Positions 11,543-23,489 of a stretch of 64,000 nt of DNA are shown here, one piece after another; position 1 is the stretch's first letter; the number at the start of each line of letters is the position of its first letter. The notes under the pieces were generated by a model. The model saw nothing but the letters and a program-made list of their open reading frames with translations, searched no databases and was not told where the DNA came from. The position numbers and the translations under genes were made by a program. The DNA is from Sarea resinae. Its lineage: Eukaryota. Location: positions 124,001-188,000 of the forward strand of contig JAPEUD010000020.1 in assembly GCA_026026165.1 (NCBI GenBank), written 5' to 3'.

Positions 11543-12883
11543 ATGCCGCCTAGTGAAGCAGACAATAATGAATTGAACTAGTACGTTAAGGCTGTGATTA
11601 AGGAGAGGGCTAGAGCACTAGGACCCTTGTAGGCTATAGCCTAAGGTTATTATCTGAGACAACAACTGATGTGATAACAGCAGAGAGATAGTTAAGACAA
11701 ATAAGACAGTAAGAGTAGCAGCGAATGTTAGCGGACTACTGTCATTACTTCTAGTATGTTGATCCGCCCTATAAATGACTTAGTCAGCCGCAGCTGACAA
11801 GACAGCCGCATTTCAGCCGCTAAGAGATAGAGGCAGCAGAAGAGGTGGCCGCCTACAATAAGAACCCGCGTTCAGATGATCTGGCAAGCGTTAAGAATAT
11901 AGCCGCTCCTCCTAGTGATACTGTACTGTCTATGCCGCGTAGCCTGCTATCTCTGCTGTCTGATAAACTATCTTCGCCGCGGTCACCAATGTCTCTGCAG
12001 TCTCTGCCGCCTTAGACGCTGTCTCTGCCGCCCTAGACACTCTCTCTGCTAGCTCAGCTAGCTCAACTAGCTCAGACACTCTCTCTAGATAGTCCGCCAC
12101 TAAGCCAGTCCACTTTTCAGGATAGTACGTGGGACGTCTGCTGTCTGATTCAGCCTGACTAGCTAGCCCCTGATCTAGCCGTGTGGGATAGCCTTTTAGA
12201 GACTCGCTAAAAGGCATATGCTCACGCTGATCTCATCGTGAATGATCTGTACTAGGGCGTTTCACTCACTAGGAAATGCGAAAGGTGCGTTGATAAGGGC
12301 ATTCTGTGTATAATCTATTAGAGTAGGCTGAAAAGGCAGATAGTAAAGCTAGAGGACAACTGTGCAGGGTGCTGTGTGGCGGGCAAACCGTGCCGCTATA
12401 ATGCAGACGCAGACGATAATAACAAAGACAATGATGCGTAGCCTGTAAGCAGATCAGCAGTGCAGATATCAAACATCACTAACCCTGTATCAAGAGCAAC
12501 CTCCTCTGCAGCAGGTGACACGTCGATTAGCTAAACAAGCAAATAATAATTAAGACAATAGTCTACTGCAAAAGAAGGTATAACAGATCTATCTGCACTT
12601 ATTAGGCATGAGCTGACGTAGTATATAGAGCCGCAAGAAGGACAGTCAAAAGCCTGTTAAGGAGAGCGATGTCACTAAGCAAGCACTTGTACAGCCTACT
12701 GCAACGCCTTCGACAAATATCTGCACTAGCAGCGAATCAATCATGCTATCCGCACTAGGACAGGGTGCTATAGAACGGCAGGTTGCAGACCTAGGCGCGG
12801 AAGTGACCCACCTTAGGGCAGAAGTGGCGCAGGTATCTAGAAACATCCTTAAGATATTGGCTATTGTCTGCTGTAGAGCCTAG
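11543..12883 (+). pseudogene. Third transposon gene: Pro/Ser-rich region, Zn2Cys6-like Cys motif and C-terminal coiled coil (RIP-degraded, probably spliced)
   Basis: 12271-12399 reads RKCERCVDKGILC-x17-CAGCCVAGKPCRY. The C-terminus reads IERQVADLGAEVTHLRAEVAQVSRNILKILAIV. Intron-like GT...GCTGAC...AG segments lie near 11755-11806 and 12578-12628. Confidence 0.6.
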
Positions 12884-12945
12884 TAGTTAGCTTAGTAGTT
12901 AGTTCATTAGCGTGTCAGTGCTGTCACGCGTTTTCTAGTATTAAA

Positions 12946-15879
12946 TCAAGTCTTTTGCCTGCGAACATAATATTATAGAGTGATGATATTAGAACATTAC
13001 ACTATAGAATATCCGCTGTGCCCTAGCCGCACACGCTACATATCCTGCGCCTAACAAGATGTCAATATGACTGTATATTGATAGCAGATATACAAGTAAA
13101 TGCTTATGTCTAAGCCTACTAAGGCTTGCACTGTATCCTCCTTAATATCTCTAACAACTTAGTCGCCTAGTTCTATATATCTGCTGTTAAACGAAGGTAA
13201 TCCTCTGCGCGCTAATTGATTAACGCCTAACTGCAGTAGACTAGGTGCAACATGCGCGGATAAGCGATCTTAGCGGCAGATGATTGAATCTTAAGCGATC
13301 AGATCAGCGAGACTTTTGATATCTTCTGCAGCAGACCTGTCTAGATAAGATGCGTTAATCTGCTCGCCGAACGAGAATTCGAACTGAGCCTGCAGCAGAG
13401 CAAGATAGCTGCTCATTAACACTGACTATTTGAACAGCGCTGTTACATCGAATGTTGAGTTGCCTTTCGTCTGCAAAAGGGTCTTTAGCTCAAGGTTTAG
13501 GAGTTCGTTCAATCGATCGACCTTGAAGAAGGCGTCTGATCTAGTATAGTTGCTGACAAGACTGTTTGCAAGGATCGCCTGCTGCAGATATCGATCACAG
13601 ACAGGAGTAGATATTAGCTGCTAAAGACAAATCATTTCTCGCGAGTAGTTGTGCGATAAACTCCCACTGAAATATAGACAGCTACAAGCAATAACGCGGC
13701 AGAGCAACCTAATATCCGCGCGTTTAATAGCATGCCTTAACGTTATATATGTCTCGACGTAGTGTAAGAAGCAGACATGATTAGAATACTCTAAATCATG
13801 CGGCAAACGCTGTTTATAAGAGCTTCGCTTTTGATTGGGCGCTGAAGAAGCTATATCCGCTAGGTCCTTGCTTGTTTCGTACTAGGCTAGTTCCTAATAG
13901 GCGGTAGTGGAAAAGACTCTTTAGCGGATATCCTCTACCTGTCAAAGAAAATCCGCGGGACTTAGTCAGCAGATATATTCAGCTATCTAACCTTTATGCC
14001 TGTTCTTAAATCTAGCAGGCAAATCCGATATGAATAGAGCAACGATCTGCGCCTGAAAGCTATGCCAGACTAGTTCTTGCTAGTAGTAGAATAGCGCTTT
14101 ATCCGCGGGTATATTCCGACGGCTAAGGAAGTTGATATGCGAATAGAGGGTTAAGTATTGCTAGATATTACTCTCTCTGCTATAATGTGACCTAACAATC
14201 AATGCTAAAAGGTTCATCTGCAAGTAGAAGAGACTAGGCACTAGTAATGCCTAGGCGAGGCGATTGTAGGCATCCGCCGCCTCTACCTGCTTAATTTGGT
14301 AAGAGCAGATAAGGCTTGCTGTTTTCTAATCTCTGAATATTAAGACCAACTGTTTCTCAAAGTTGACTGTATCTTAGCTGAGCTGGCGGACAAATATGTT
14401 GTCAAGCACATTATATGTGCCTGAAATAGAACCCTTACTCTTAGTGATCAGTCCTAGTGTGAGATGCTCTGTCTGCAAGGGCAGAAGAACATCAACGCAT
14501 AGCATCTGCAGGAATTAAACACTATCCGCTGCGAATATAGCCTCTGTCTGTTCTAGAAACGCTGCGCAGATAGAACTAGCAATAAGGTGAGTCGATATCT
14601 CAGTCTGTGTCTTGTCTATGAAATTCCTGTCTGCCTTAAGCAGATCTATTACCTCTATACAGATATCTAGATAGTACATGTCTTAAGTGAGTGGTCTGTT
14701 TAGCAAGCATTGTCTGCGCAGTAGCTTTCTAGTCGTGTATAAACGAAAATCTCTGGTATTACCTACAGTCTAGTGTCGCACCCTTTGTTGCCACTCAAAG
14801 TTATTGTAGACCACTGTGAAATCCCACGTCTGCGCCGCGGAGGAGATATTTGCCTTGTTTTAGTTAGCTGGGTCCGCTGAATAGAAGGCGTTAATATCAC
14901 GTTCCTTGCTCTGCTCTAATATCTGCAGCTTCTGCATATCAATTGTGCGATATCTGTCCACAAGTCTAAGGCTATGCAGCACGCTTAACGCTTAGCAGGT
15001 CAGCCCTGTATCCTTTAAATATAGTCCTAACAGGCGCGCGAAACAGTTTATAGAAGTCCTTGAACAGCTAAGGCTTAGTATTAACGTAGTCATAACTATT
15101 CGGCCTTTATCTGCTAGGGTTCTCTGCTAATACACAGTGCTAGACCGTTTTGCCTCTGCTGCACTGCGGATAAGACGTGTAAGCATAGGCGCTGTCTGCT
15201 TAATAGTGTCTGCAGTGCTAGAGATATTAAGCTCCTTAAAACCTAGGTCCTTATTGTATCGCCTAAACAACAGACATTCGCCCTGCAGCCTGTCTAGCTC
15301 ATTGCAGACAAGAGTAATAGCGCTGTTAACAACTGCAGCTTAGCCTTTGTCTGCACTAATCAGAAGTGTACGAAGACCCTTATAACTAAGGATAAGGTTA
15401 AGAAGGTCTTCTCTTCTCTTTATCTGCCGCTGCTTGTTACATTCCACAGTGCTCTCTAGCTAGAGTTGTATAAAGCAGATAGGCGTTATCTGCTATTCCT
15501 GCAGTTGCCTTAGGATGCCTTAGACCTTTTCCTCTAGGCTTAAACGCTTAGTTGTATCAGGAGATAAAGTAGAAGGAGAAGATAACAGTGGCGGATCAGA
15601 TATCTCAGGCGATAAACGCGAATATAATAGTAGATATGCAGGCGAATCAGATAACTTAGGCGTTAAAAGCGAATCTAAAGACAATAATAGCGAATCAGGC
15701 ACCTTAAGCAGTGATAGCAGATGTATTAATAACAGTGGTGATAGTGGCGAATCGAGATTAGGCTATGACTGCAGTGCAGATAGTAGAGTTTGCAGTCTCT
15801 AAGGTGTATCTGCAGCAGATAAAGCCTCTGTCCTGCAGCGCTTCCTGCTAGTTCTAGAAAAAGGAGCGGATGCTGACAT
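12946..15879 (-). pseudogene. Academ-type (DUF6589-like) transposase, RIP-degraded; 3' end approximate
   Basis: Minus-strand motifs FTVVYNNFEW (from YDN), LVLIFRD*KT (from GDQKT), LVPSLFYLQMN (from PGLFHLQMN) and LRHAIKRADI...YFSGSLSHNYSRE. Confidence 0.82.
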
Positions 15880-16002
15880 TCTAATCAAATATAGAGCAGA
15901 TCTAGACCTTTCTTTTCAGCCTCTTTTCATTGCAGACAGCGTTGTGGTTGCAGATATCTTATGGTTTAAAGTTAATAATAATCGCCTCCATACAAATGAC
16001 CC

Positions 16003-16128
16003 GCTCAGCCCATACAAAGTCGGTCAAAAGTGCCTCAGACCTCTGGCTGGTCAATTGCCTAGTTAGGCAATAGTGGTCCGTGCTTAGCGGACCACGTGAC
16101 CGAGCGAGGTCTGAGCATGCTGAGGTAA
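16003..16128 (-). repeat. Right subterminal inverted repeat (16003-16041) and right TIR (16108-16128)
   Basis: Reverse-complement matches to 8413-8450 and 8309-8329. Confidence 0.9.
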
Positions 16129-16701
16129 GTTGCACTATTAATGTAAGTGTAGTACGGTTGCGCGTAGGCTCGGCGTCTGTGGCTCCAGCTAGCTGCCGAC
16201 TACGGGGTGCGAGCGACGGTGGTCTGGCAGTCAAAGGGGCGTCAGGTCACGTGGCAGGTGTGGCTGGTGGTGTTACGATGAGTAGATGATTTTCAAGGGG
16301 CTACGGGACTAGCAACGGAACACAGAGTAGAAAGCCATGTCAATAGAAAGCCAAAGTGGATTGTTTTATCATTGCAGCCATGGTGCTAACACTTCAGTTT
16401 TGGCATAGGTTGGGAAGAGAGGGGTAGGAGCAGATATTTCGCACTGCAATTGCCTTCGCGGTTAGCGGCCAGGATATTAATCGAAACTCAAAAAGGCTGG
16501 AAAGAAGTTAAGCAATACAGAAGAGCCTCAGTTCCCAAATACATGCCCAATACGCCACTATAGCAATTGCCTTTGTGATCAGCGTGCTAAACGCCAGTAA
16601 TACGCCATCGTCCATTTTCCTTGCACTGATAGGACTAGAAGTGACACTAAGATTCGGTCTTCTAGCTGTCCTGTTCGAGTCTTCTCCAAGAGCATATGTC
16701 A

Positions 16702-18385
16702 TCATGGTGACAGAGGCACTTTCTCGCCATTGGCACCGGCCGGATCAACAGGAGGATTATAGTCTCTTCTTGGACCATCAAGCGGGCCGATATCATCGGC
16801 CATGGCATCCTCGTAGCTTGGCGGAGCATCTTCAAAGGGAGCCGAGGCCTGTTGGCCATTTGCTGAGTAAGGCGGCATGGCATTGCTGGAAAAGGGCGGC
16901 GGTTTAGGCGTGAGTCCAGTAGGAGAAGAGACGGCCGGGCTTGCGGATATGGCGGAGAGTAGGGCTTTATTGGGAGCGATGCCGGAGAAAACTTGGACAG
17001 GGAGCCGGAGAGGTATTACTGCTAGTTGAGGCTATGACGAGAGATATGTTAGTGAAATTGTGCGAGCTTGGGAATTAAGAAGGCGTTCGCACATTTGTGG
17101 TACCACCAGAACTAAACACAAATCCCGCTCGAACTTCTAACTCGTAAGAGCGAGATATATTGCAGGTGTCAAAGGTTGGAGCAACGGTGTTTGGTAGAGG
17201 CGTTTTATTCCACAAATTGTCATCAATAAGGGTCTCGCTTCCAACCGCGTCATCCGGCTTGCCAACCGGAATCATAAGATTGCTCAAGCTACAAATGACC
17301 CAGCTGGCGGATTCGGTCCGCATTAAGTCGTGCGCGCGGATTGTAGTGTGATGAATTAACTCGATCTGCAGCGTTCGCAGATAGAGACTATCGGGAGAGG
17401 CGGACAGTTTATGTACTAAGATTCGCAACGGCAGTGGCTCGTTGCACGTTATTATGGAAGGATGAGGCAAGCGTGCATCTGCGCTAAAGCGAGGAGGTTC
17501 TGAAGTCGAGACGACTGTTGGAGGAGGTTTCCCCTTCAACGCATCGAATAGTCCCTTTTTCTTGGAATTTGCGGGTAGGGCCGATGTGAACTGGTGCTGA
17601 CGCCGGGCGTATGTTTCTTCTTTGCTTGGTGCAGGTCGAGGCGGCTCGATGGGAAAAAACTTGAATGGCACGATCTGATATCTCCAGCGTCAGTGAGGAT
17701 ACCAAACTATGGGTCCAAAGGGCTTACATCGCGGTAGTTCTCTTTGTAGAATTGCGGCCGCACCACCGTTACCTTAACGTAATATCGTATAAGCGCTTCG
17801 CCGGGAAAGCCGCTGAGAGACGGTGGTAGTGTTTTCTTGACATGTCTGTTCCCCTCTCTGCCCGTCTCCAGGACTCCAGCAAAGGTAAGTTTCGATCCCA
17901 GTAGATTCGCTGCGTGGCAGTCATTGTTGAAGGGGATCTGCTATACCCGACAGGTTAAGTATGCGCCTATAAACGGTGAGGATTAAGTGAGGACCAACGG
18001 ACCTTGAAGCGGAATGGATATTCATAGCGTCCAGGTGGTAGCGTGAAGCTTGCGTTGCTCGAAGCCTGCTTTTTTATTTCTGGCGTAGGGAAGACATTTT
18101 CGACTTTGTAGAGAAGCTGTGGAAATGATTAATTTAGATACTTGGGTCCTCCAACAACGAAGAAGCTACCTTGTGGGTTTCAAACTCCGTCTTTTTCCTG
18201 TCCGGCCGCTCGTTGAATCCATTGCGGGGGCCGGCTAGCCGCGTCGTGCTTTCGCCTTCAAGCTTGACCTGTATGCACTGGATGTTCGCATCGTTGACAA
18301 GGATCAGGACAACAGTGCCGGAGATGGTGTCGAGATTGGTGAAGATATTATGCGGCGACGGATTCAGCTGCACATGCACAGACAT
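16702..18385 (-). CDS. Alpha-arrestin (arrestin N-domain protein with PY motif)
   Basis: N-terminus FTNLDTISGTVVL...IQVKLEGESTT, then LPPGRYEYPFRFK and PTFDTCNISRSYELEV. C-terminus EDAPPSYEDA. Four GT-AG introns. Confidence 0.85.
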
Positions 18386-19100
18386 GGTGTGGAGTGTAGC
18401 ATCTGTTCCGACGGTGGCTCGTCGAAGCTAGGTATGGTGGGGAGGTAGGTATTTCGCTCTCGGCATCAACAAAACCTCCAAAGAATATGACCATGAATCA
18501 TGGCGACTTGTTAGCCACCAGCAAGACTGAAAGGGGATCCGATTACGAGTACAGCTTTCGCTTTTGGGCTGCGGCTGCGGCTGCGGCAAGAAGAACGAAA
18601 GCCGCTCTTGAGTCTAACGTTATCGTTCTCTGTGCCACATTGCGTCGGCTACTTCGAAGTGCACGAAATACAGTACTATGAGTACGATCATTTATCTTGC
18701 ATCCCGCATACACCCCATTGACGTCAACGTCAATGCGTGCCCCACAATGGATCCAGACACATTGGCTTCACGCTTTATTTCCAATCTTCGTTTTAATTGA
18801 AAGACGGAGGGTTCTTCTTGGAGTGAAGCATCTTCTCAGATGCGCTTCGAGCGCTATGAAGCTCAAAGGAAACATCAACGAGATCAAAATGCATACGTAT
18901 TACTAAGCCGAGTCATGCTGCACAGCCACAGGTCAACGCAATCAGCGGTGCGTCCGTCAGACCACGCGGCCAGGGGCTCATGCATCTATATGCATCAATA
19001 TGCATCGATTTCCATCAATGAACTACATCGTATCCTTTCCTCGTCGACTAGGTCTGCAGCAAGACTATGAGAGATGGTACCAATGAATTTCCCTACAGGC

Positions 19101-20578
19101 CTACAATCCTTCTTTGGCAAGCATATCTAGCAAATTAGAATTTGTCAGTTTCGATCCTCTTGGTAGGGATGTTTTCCGATTCAGACCATACCTGTGATGT
19201 CCAGATAGAATGCAATGGCGTTGAAACTAGATCCGGTCAGGCCAAAATCCGCAAAATCAAGGAGGTGCATTTGGAGTCATACGTCCGTTTAGTCCCAATC
19301 AGCTCCCAAAAATACCACTTTAGACGATTTGTCCAATTGATCAGATCAAGATGCGTAACACCGATCAGGGTTCCTTTATAGCCGTTCTCTCCGCCCCAGC
19401 GGCTGCTGGCTACGCTGACCAAACCATCATTAGGCCCCTCCTCTTGCTGCACGATTCCCCACGATGCTCGAAAGGCCGATAGGATAGATGGTTTTGCCAT
19501 TGCACCGTATGAGAAGTAGCTGTGAAACAGGTCAGCTCATACTAAGACTGGGGCGTTGACTATTTACCGGACATCCTTTGCATCGGGAGTTTTAGGGTTG
19601 AACTCCTCTCGCATGTACTTTCGAGTCAGTTGACTGAATGCACCCGTCTCCATCCCCAGAGCCTCGAGAACTTGATAAACCCGCGGGAGTTGCTTTGCTG
19701 AAAGATGGTCAACTCAAATGGACTTGATCCAAAAAGGTGGCTTTATGTACTTCCTATCTGTTCGAAAACGTAGTCTGCGAATGCTGAGCCTATATCACGT
19801 CAGAAATTCATTCTCTGGTCTGCGAAGTACATTCTCACCTCGGTGGGGGGATGCAATAGTCGTCAAGGACAGAACTCGAACATTTGGCGGCTTCAATTGA
19901 GAGATCATATATCTCGAGTCAAGTCCTCTAGAGCCAAGACATCAGCTCAGGCCGGGAAAAGACAAAATCGGTTATTACCCCTGTGAGAAGTGAGCATATA
20001 TCCAAGCAGTAGGCCTCTCACTCGCATACCATACTATGTCTACTCAATATTAGCCAGAAGTGTCTCGCGCGTGGGGGCGAGGCAGCTCACGCAATAATAT
20101 TAACTTGCTTTCCACTCGCCTTCTTTGCAATATCTTTCCCGAGCTTTTCAGCCCTTTCCTCGATTGATCCCGAAGCCGGCACTGAAGCAGTGATAACCTC
20201 AATTCCTTTAGCAGCCAACGCCTCTGTGATTCCTCGCCAATACTGCACCCCTGGTAAGAGTGGGCCCGCCAGTCGAAGTTCATCGAATCCTAAGAGTCCA
20301 TGGGCAAGCACAATGGGATTTTTGGGAGTTTCTGTATTGACATTAGCAAGGAGATAGCTTCTAAATTGACGTGACTCACGATAGCTGTCCCGAATCACAG
20401 CATATTCATCTTCTATCGCTCTGCCGATATCTCGCGCTCGCGGGTCGGAATGAGGCTTGTCGGGTTCGTCCTTCGCATTCTTAGACTGGCAGTGGAATTG
20501 ATGACACTGGATCACGGTCCTGTAAACGGAACACGCTCTCGGCACTCTCGTATAAGTGCGAGAGGACAGAATTATCAT
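19101..20578 (-). CDS. Triacylglycerol lipase, TGL2-like alpha/beta hydrolase, probable mitochondrial presequence
   Basis: PIVLAHGLLGF, spliced AHSMGGLDSR nucleophile elbow, TIASPHRGS, NDGLVSVASSRWG and THLDLINW. Many short introns. Confidence 0.88.
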
Positions 20579-20969
20579 CGTTTCATTGCACAAGAGAAGT
20601 TGCGAATTGAGTGTAATTTGTTTGCCTCTCACGGAGTATTTGATTTGGCGAATGTCGCGTCCATCTACTCCGGAGTATGACGTAGTGACAGGGTAAACAG
20701 CAGAGACAAAACGGCCTCGGAGCCAAGATAAATTCATCAGATATGAATGGTACGCTGCAGATCTATAAAGAGGAAGCCTTCGATGGTGAGTTGACGATCT
20801 TCATATTACAGTAATTGGTGAGCTACAGAACCCAGATCTACCAAGGCAAAAGATTGACATTGCCAGAACTTCTGCGGCCAATAGCACGACAATCACATTA
20901 TTTTGGTATTCAAGCTCGATATTGGAAGCAAATTTAGAACATGGAAGTATTGTTCGTGATATATCAGAT

Positions 20970-21606
20970 TTATGACGGAGCAGCGACCCTGTCGGGGACC
21001 TCTGGATGAACGTCCACGACTGCCTTCAACAAGTCCTCAACAACCTTATCTCCAACCTTGCCCCCAGACTCCTTGATGCCCTTCATCTTCTCCTCAGCAT
21101 CTTTACTGGCATCATCCTCGGCCTTTTTGTTGCCGCTCGTGTGCTTGAATGTAGTCAGTAAAGGCCAGATGAAGAGGGTAGCAAGTGAGGTGCGAGAAGG
21201 CTGCTACAGTACCTCTGTCTCAAACTTCTTGTACTCTTCTTCCTTCTCTTTTCTGTATTCTTCGACCTCCGTCTGTGCCTCTGTTCGAGCGTCCTTGACA
21301 CGCTTCGTCCGGTCTAGGTAACGTTAGGAGTTGCTATTATGGCTTTTGAACAGCCACTCATACATGCTCTTGCTATGCAACAGTCAGCTATGGCACTCAT
21401 GACGAACGTCGGCCTACCTACCCTGTTGAACTATTTTCTGCGCCTCTCTCTCAGCCTAGAGGGTCTCAGCATCAACACTTCCTCATCCTTGTCGGGGTTA
21501 TATGCTCACATCGAGGAGCGTTTGGATTCCGGCCGAATTTTGGGCAGACTAGCCATCGCGCTCATATTAGAAAACTCCGACGATGACTAGGCTAGACACT
21601 CACCAT
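20970..21606 (-). CDS. VMA10: V-type proton ATPase subunit G
   Basis: Six exons splice to M|SAQNSAGIQTLLD|AEREAQKIVQQ|ARAY|RTKRVKDARTEAQ...|HTSGNKKAE...VPDRVAAPS*. Confidence 0.93.
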
Positions 21607-21845
21607 ATTTGCAGCTATTCGCGGTCGATCAGATCCGCGTTGTCAAGGAAGCTTTGAGGGAGATGGTCGGCATAGGGTTCCCCATAGTCCAGGCACCTGC
21701 TTGGCCGTTTTCTTCATTGGTGGTGCGCTACGCCCACCCTAATATGTACGGCATCAACCTACTTTGAAGCTGTCATCCATTAACATGGAATGTTTGTGGC
21801 ATTTCGATCTCTCATATCATATACTGCTATCCATTTCGTTTCAAT

Positions 21846-22160
21846 ATGTCTAAGGCAGCGAAAATGACGCTGCTGGGTACGTCTGTCTTTGCTACTCTCC
21901 TCGTGGTCGGGGTTCATTACTCGCAAACCATAGAGAAAGCGGTAAGCAGCACCGTGAAGGCATTACAAGCCGTTCTTTTCATTGCGTTGCTGATCGGATG
22001 ACGATAGGCAATGCATGCCGGTGTCATACGAGACATGGAGCAGCAACGGATAAAGAAGGAGCGCCAAGCGGACTTTGACTTGCAGCGAGCATTGGAACAA
22101 GAATACCGAAAAGTTCAGACAGTATCAGATTCGGGTGGTAGCGATGTCCAGAGGCCATAA
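21846..22160 (+). CDS. PET117: Cytochrome c oxidase assembly protein Pet117
   Basis: MSKAAKMTLLGTSVFATLLVVGVHYSQTIEKA|AMHAGVIRDMEQQRIKKERQADFDLQRALE. Intron 21942-22007. Confidence 0.9.
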
Positions 22161-23489
22161 TTGTCTCGTGAAGCTCCTTCAGTCTTTCTTGGGGCGGGTA
22201 TCTATAGGACTGTGTGGACATGATCAGGGCGGCTAGCTGTGCTCTATTGAGCATCGCCAGATCAAGACCGCTCTCCGACCATTGATGTCTGGACGCCTGT
22301 GCTGCAGCACGCGGCTTGCAAGGCCTTGTGTCCTCCGTCGGCCTCCCCTCAAGCGACCCTTCGGACGGCTTTCCGAAATCGTATCCTCCTTCTGCTCCCT
22401 GTTGATCAGCTCTCGCCATTCTATACGATCCTGATTACTTCCAAGCTGATCATGACTTCAACTATTCCTTACGCAATCGGCGGCTGACATCGCCATCAAT
22501 ACCTCTTCCGAGATAGAAATGTCTCCATCATGTCAATTCGGCCCTTCGCACATCGCCAGGCTGGAAATCTTCTTTTCGTTTACATTTTTCGGAGTAGGAA
22601 TCTGGATGGTCAAAAGTCGTCGAAGGTCTCTATCCGGCCTCCGTCACATGGGCGGGCTCTGAGACTCTCTAGGCTCAATAGTCGCTGTACATAGTTTTTG
22701 AGGGAGAAAGGCGGGAGGGAGAGAGATGATGCTGCATATGCCCTCGGTGCAGCATAATCGGAAGTTCAGCCGCGTTTGGGCAGCTTCGTGGTGTACAGTA
22801 AGAAGCGTGTGCAGCAGATAGGCTGTACATGTAGTGCAGTAGCGGATAGCGTGCTGGCTCTTTGTACTCTAGCTGTACTATTAAATACCTACCTCAGAGG
22901 ATCGCATGCGCCTCTGCCGTTGGAGTCACCGTGATCGACGGACGACTATTCTGTGAACTTGTCGAGCTCAACCCCACTCGACGTCTGAGGATTGCCCTTT
23001 CGGGCTCTCGTGGTCGGTCACCTCGTGTGTTGGCACATTCTTTGCCGTGTTGATGTTGCGGTGGTTGGACCAATAGGAAGCCCGAGAACCTCAGCGGGAC
23101 GCCGTCAGAGACCCTCGGCCATCGTGACTACTACTACCGGCCCGACGCGCTTCACGCCTCATCTCATCTCGTCTCGTCTGCCTGTCTTCCCCATCGAGAA
23201 ATGCTGGTCGATGATCCCCAGACACCCGAGCCAGCGCCCCTCCACTTGACCTACTGAAGTACTGATCCGTGCCCGAGCTATTCATCACGACGCAGTTTTC
23301 ATGTGCTGGTCACTTGGCATCTGGGATCCTTCATCCCGACGACTCTTCCATCGTTGACTCTTTCGAGGAGGAGGCAGAGGCAGAGGCAGAGGCTGTTTCG
23401 AGCACTTCAGAGGCATCCCGAACGTCTGTCTGTCCTCTCCGGTCTCCTCATAGTGCCATCAGCTTCTGTGACGATGAGAAGTTCTCGAA

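Larger units (their letters stand above)
8309..16128. mobile_element. AcademH-like DNA transposon (transposase plus RecQ-like helicase), full length, RIP-inactivated
   Basis: 21-bp TIRs (8309-8329 TTACCTCAGCAGGCTCAGACC and 16108-16128, 1 mismatch). 9-bp TSD GTTGCACTA at 8300-8308 and 16129-16137. Subterminal inverted repeats. Degenerate helicase and transposase ORFs in a TpA-rich interior. Confidence 0.88.

Noticed and set aside
11930..12217. Minus-strand 95-aa Ala/Glu-rich ORF
   Set aside because: It is the antisense shadow of the Pro/Ser-rich part of the plus-strand third gene.
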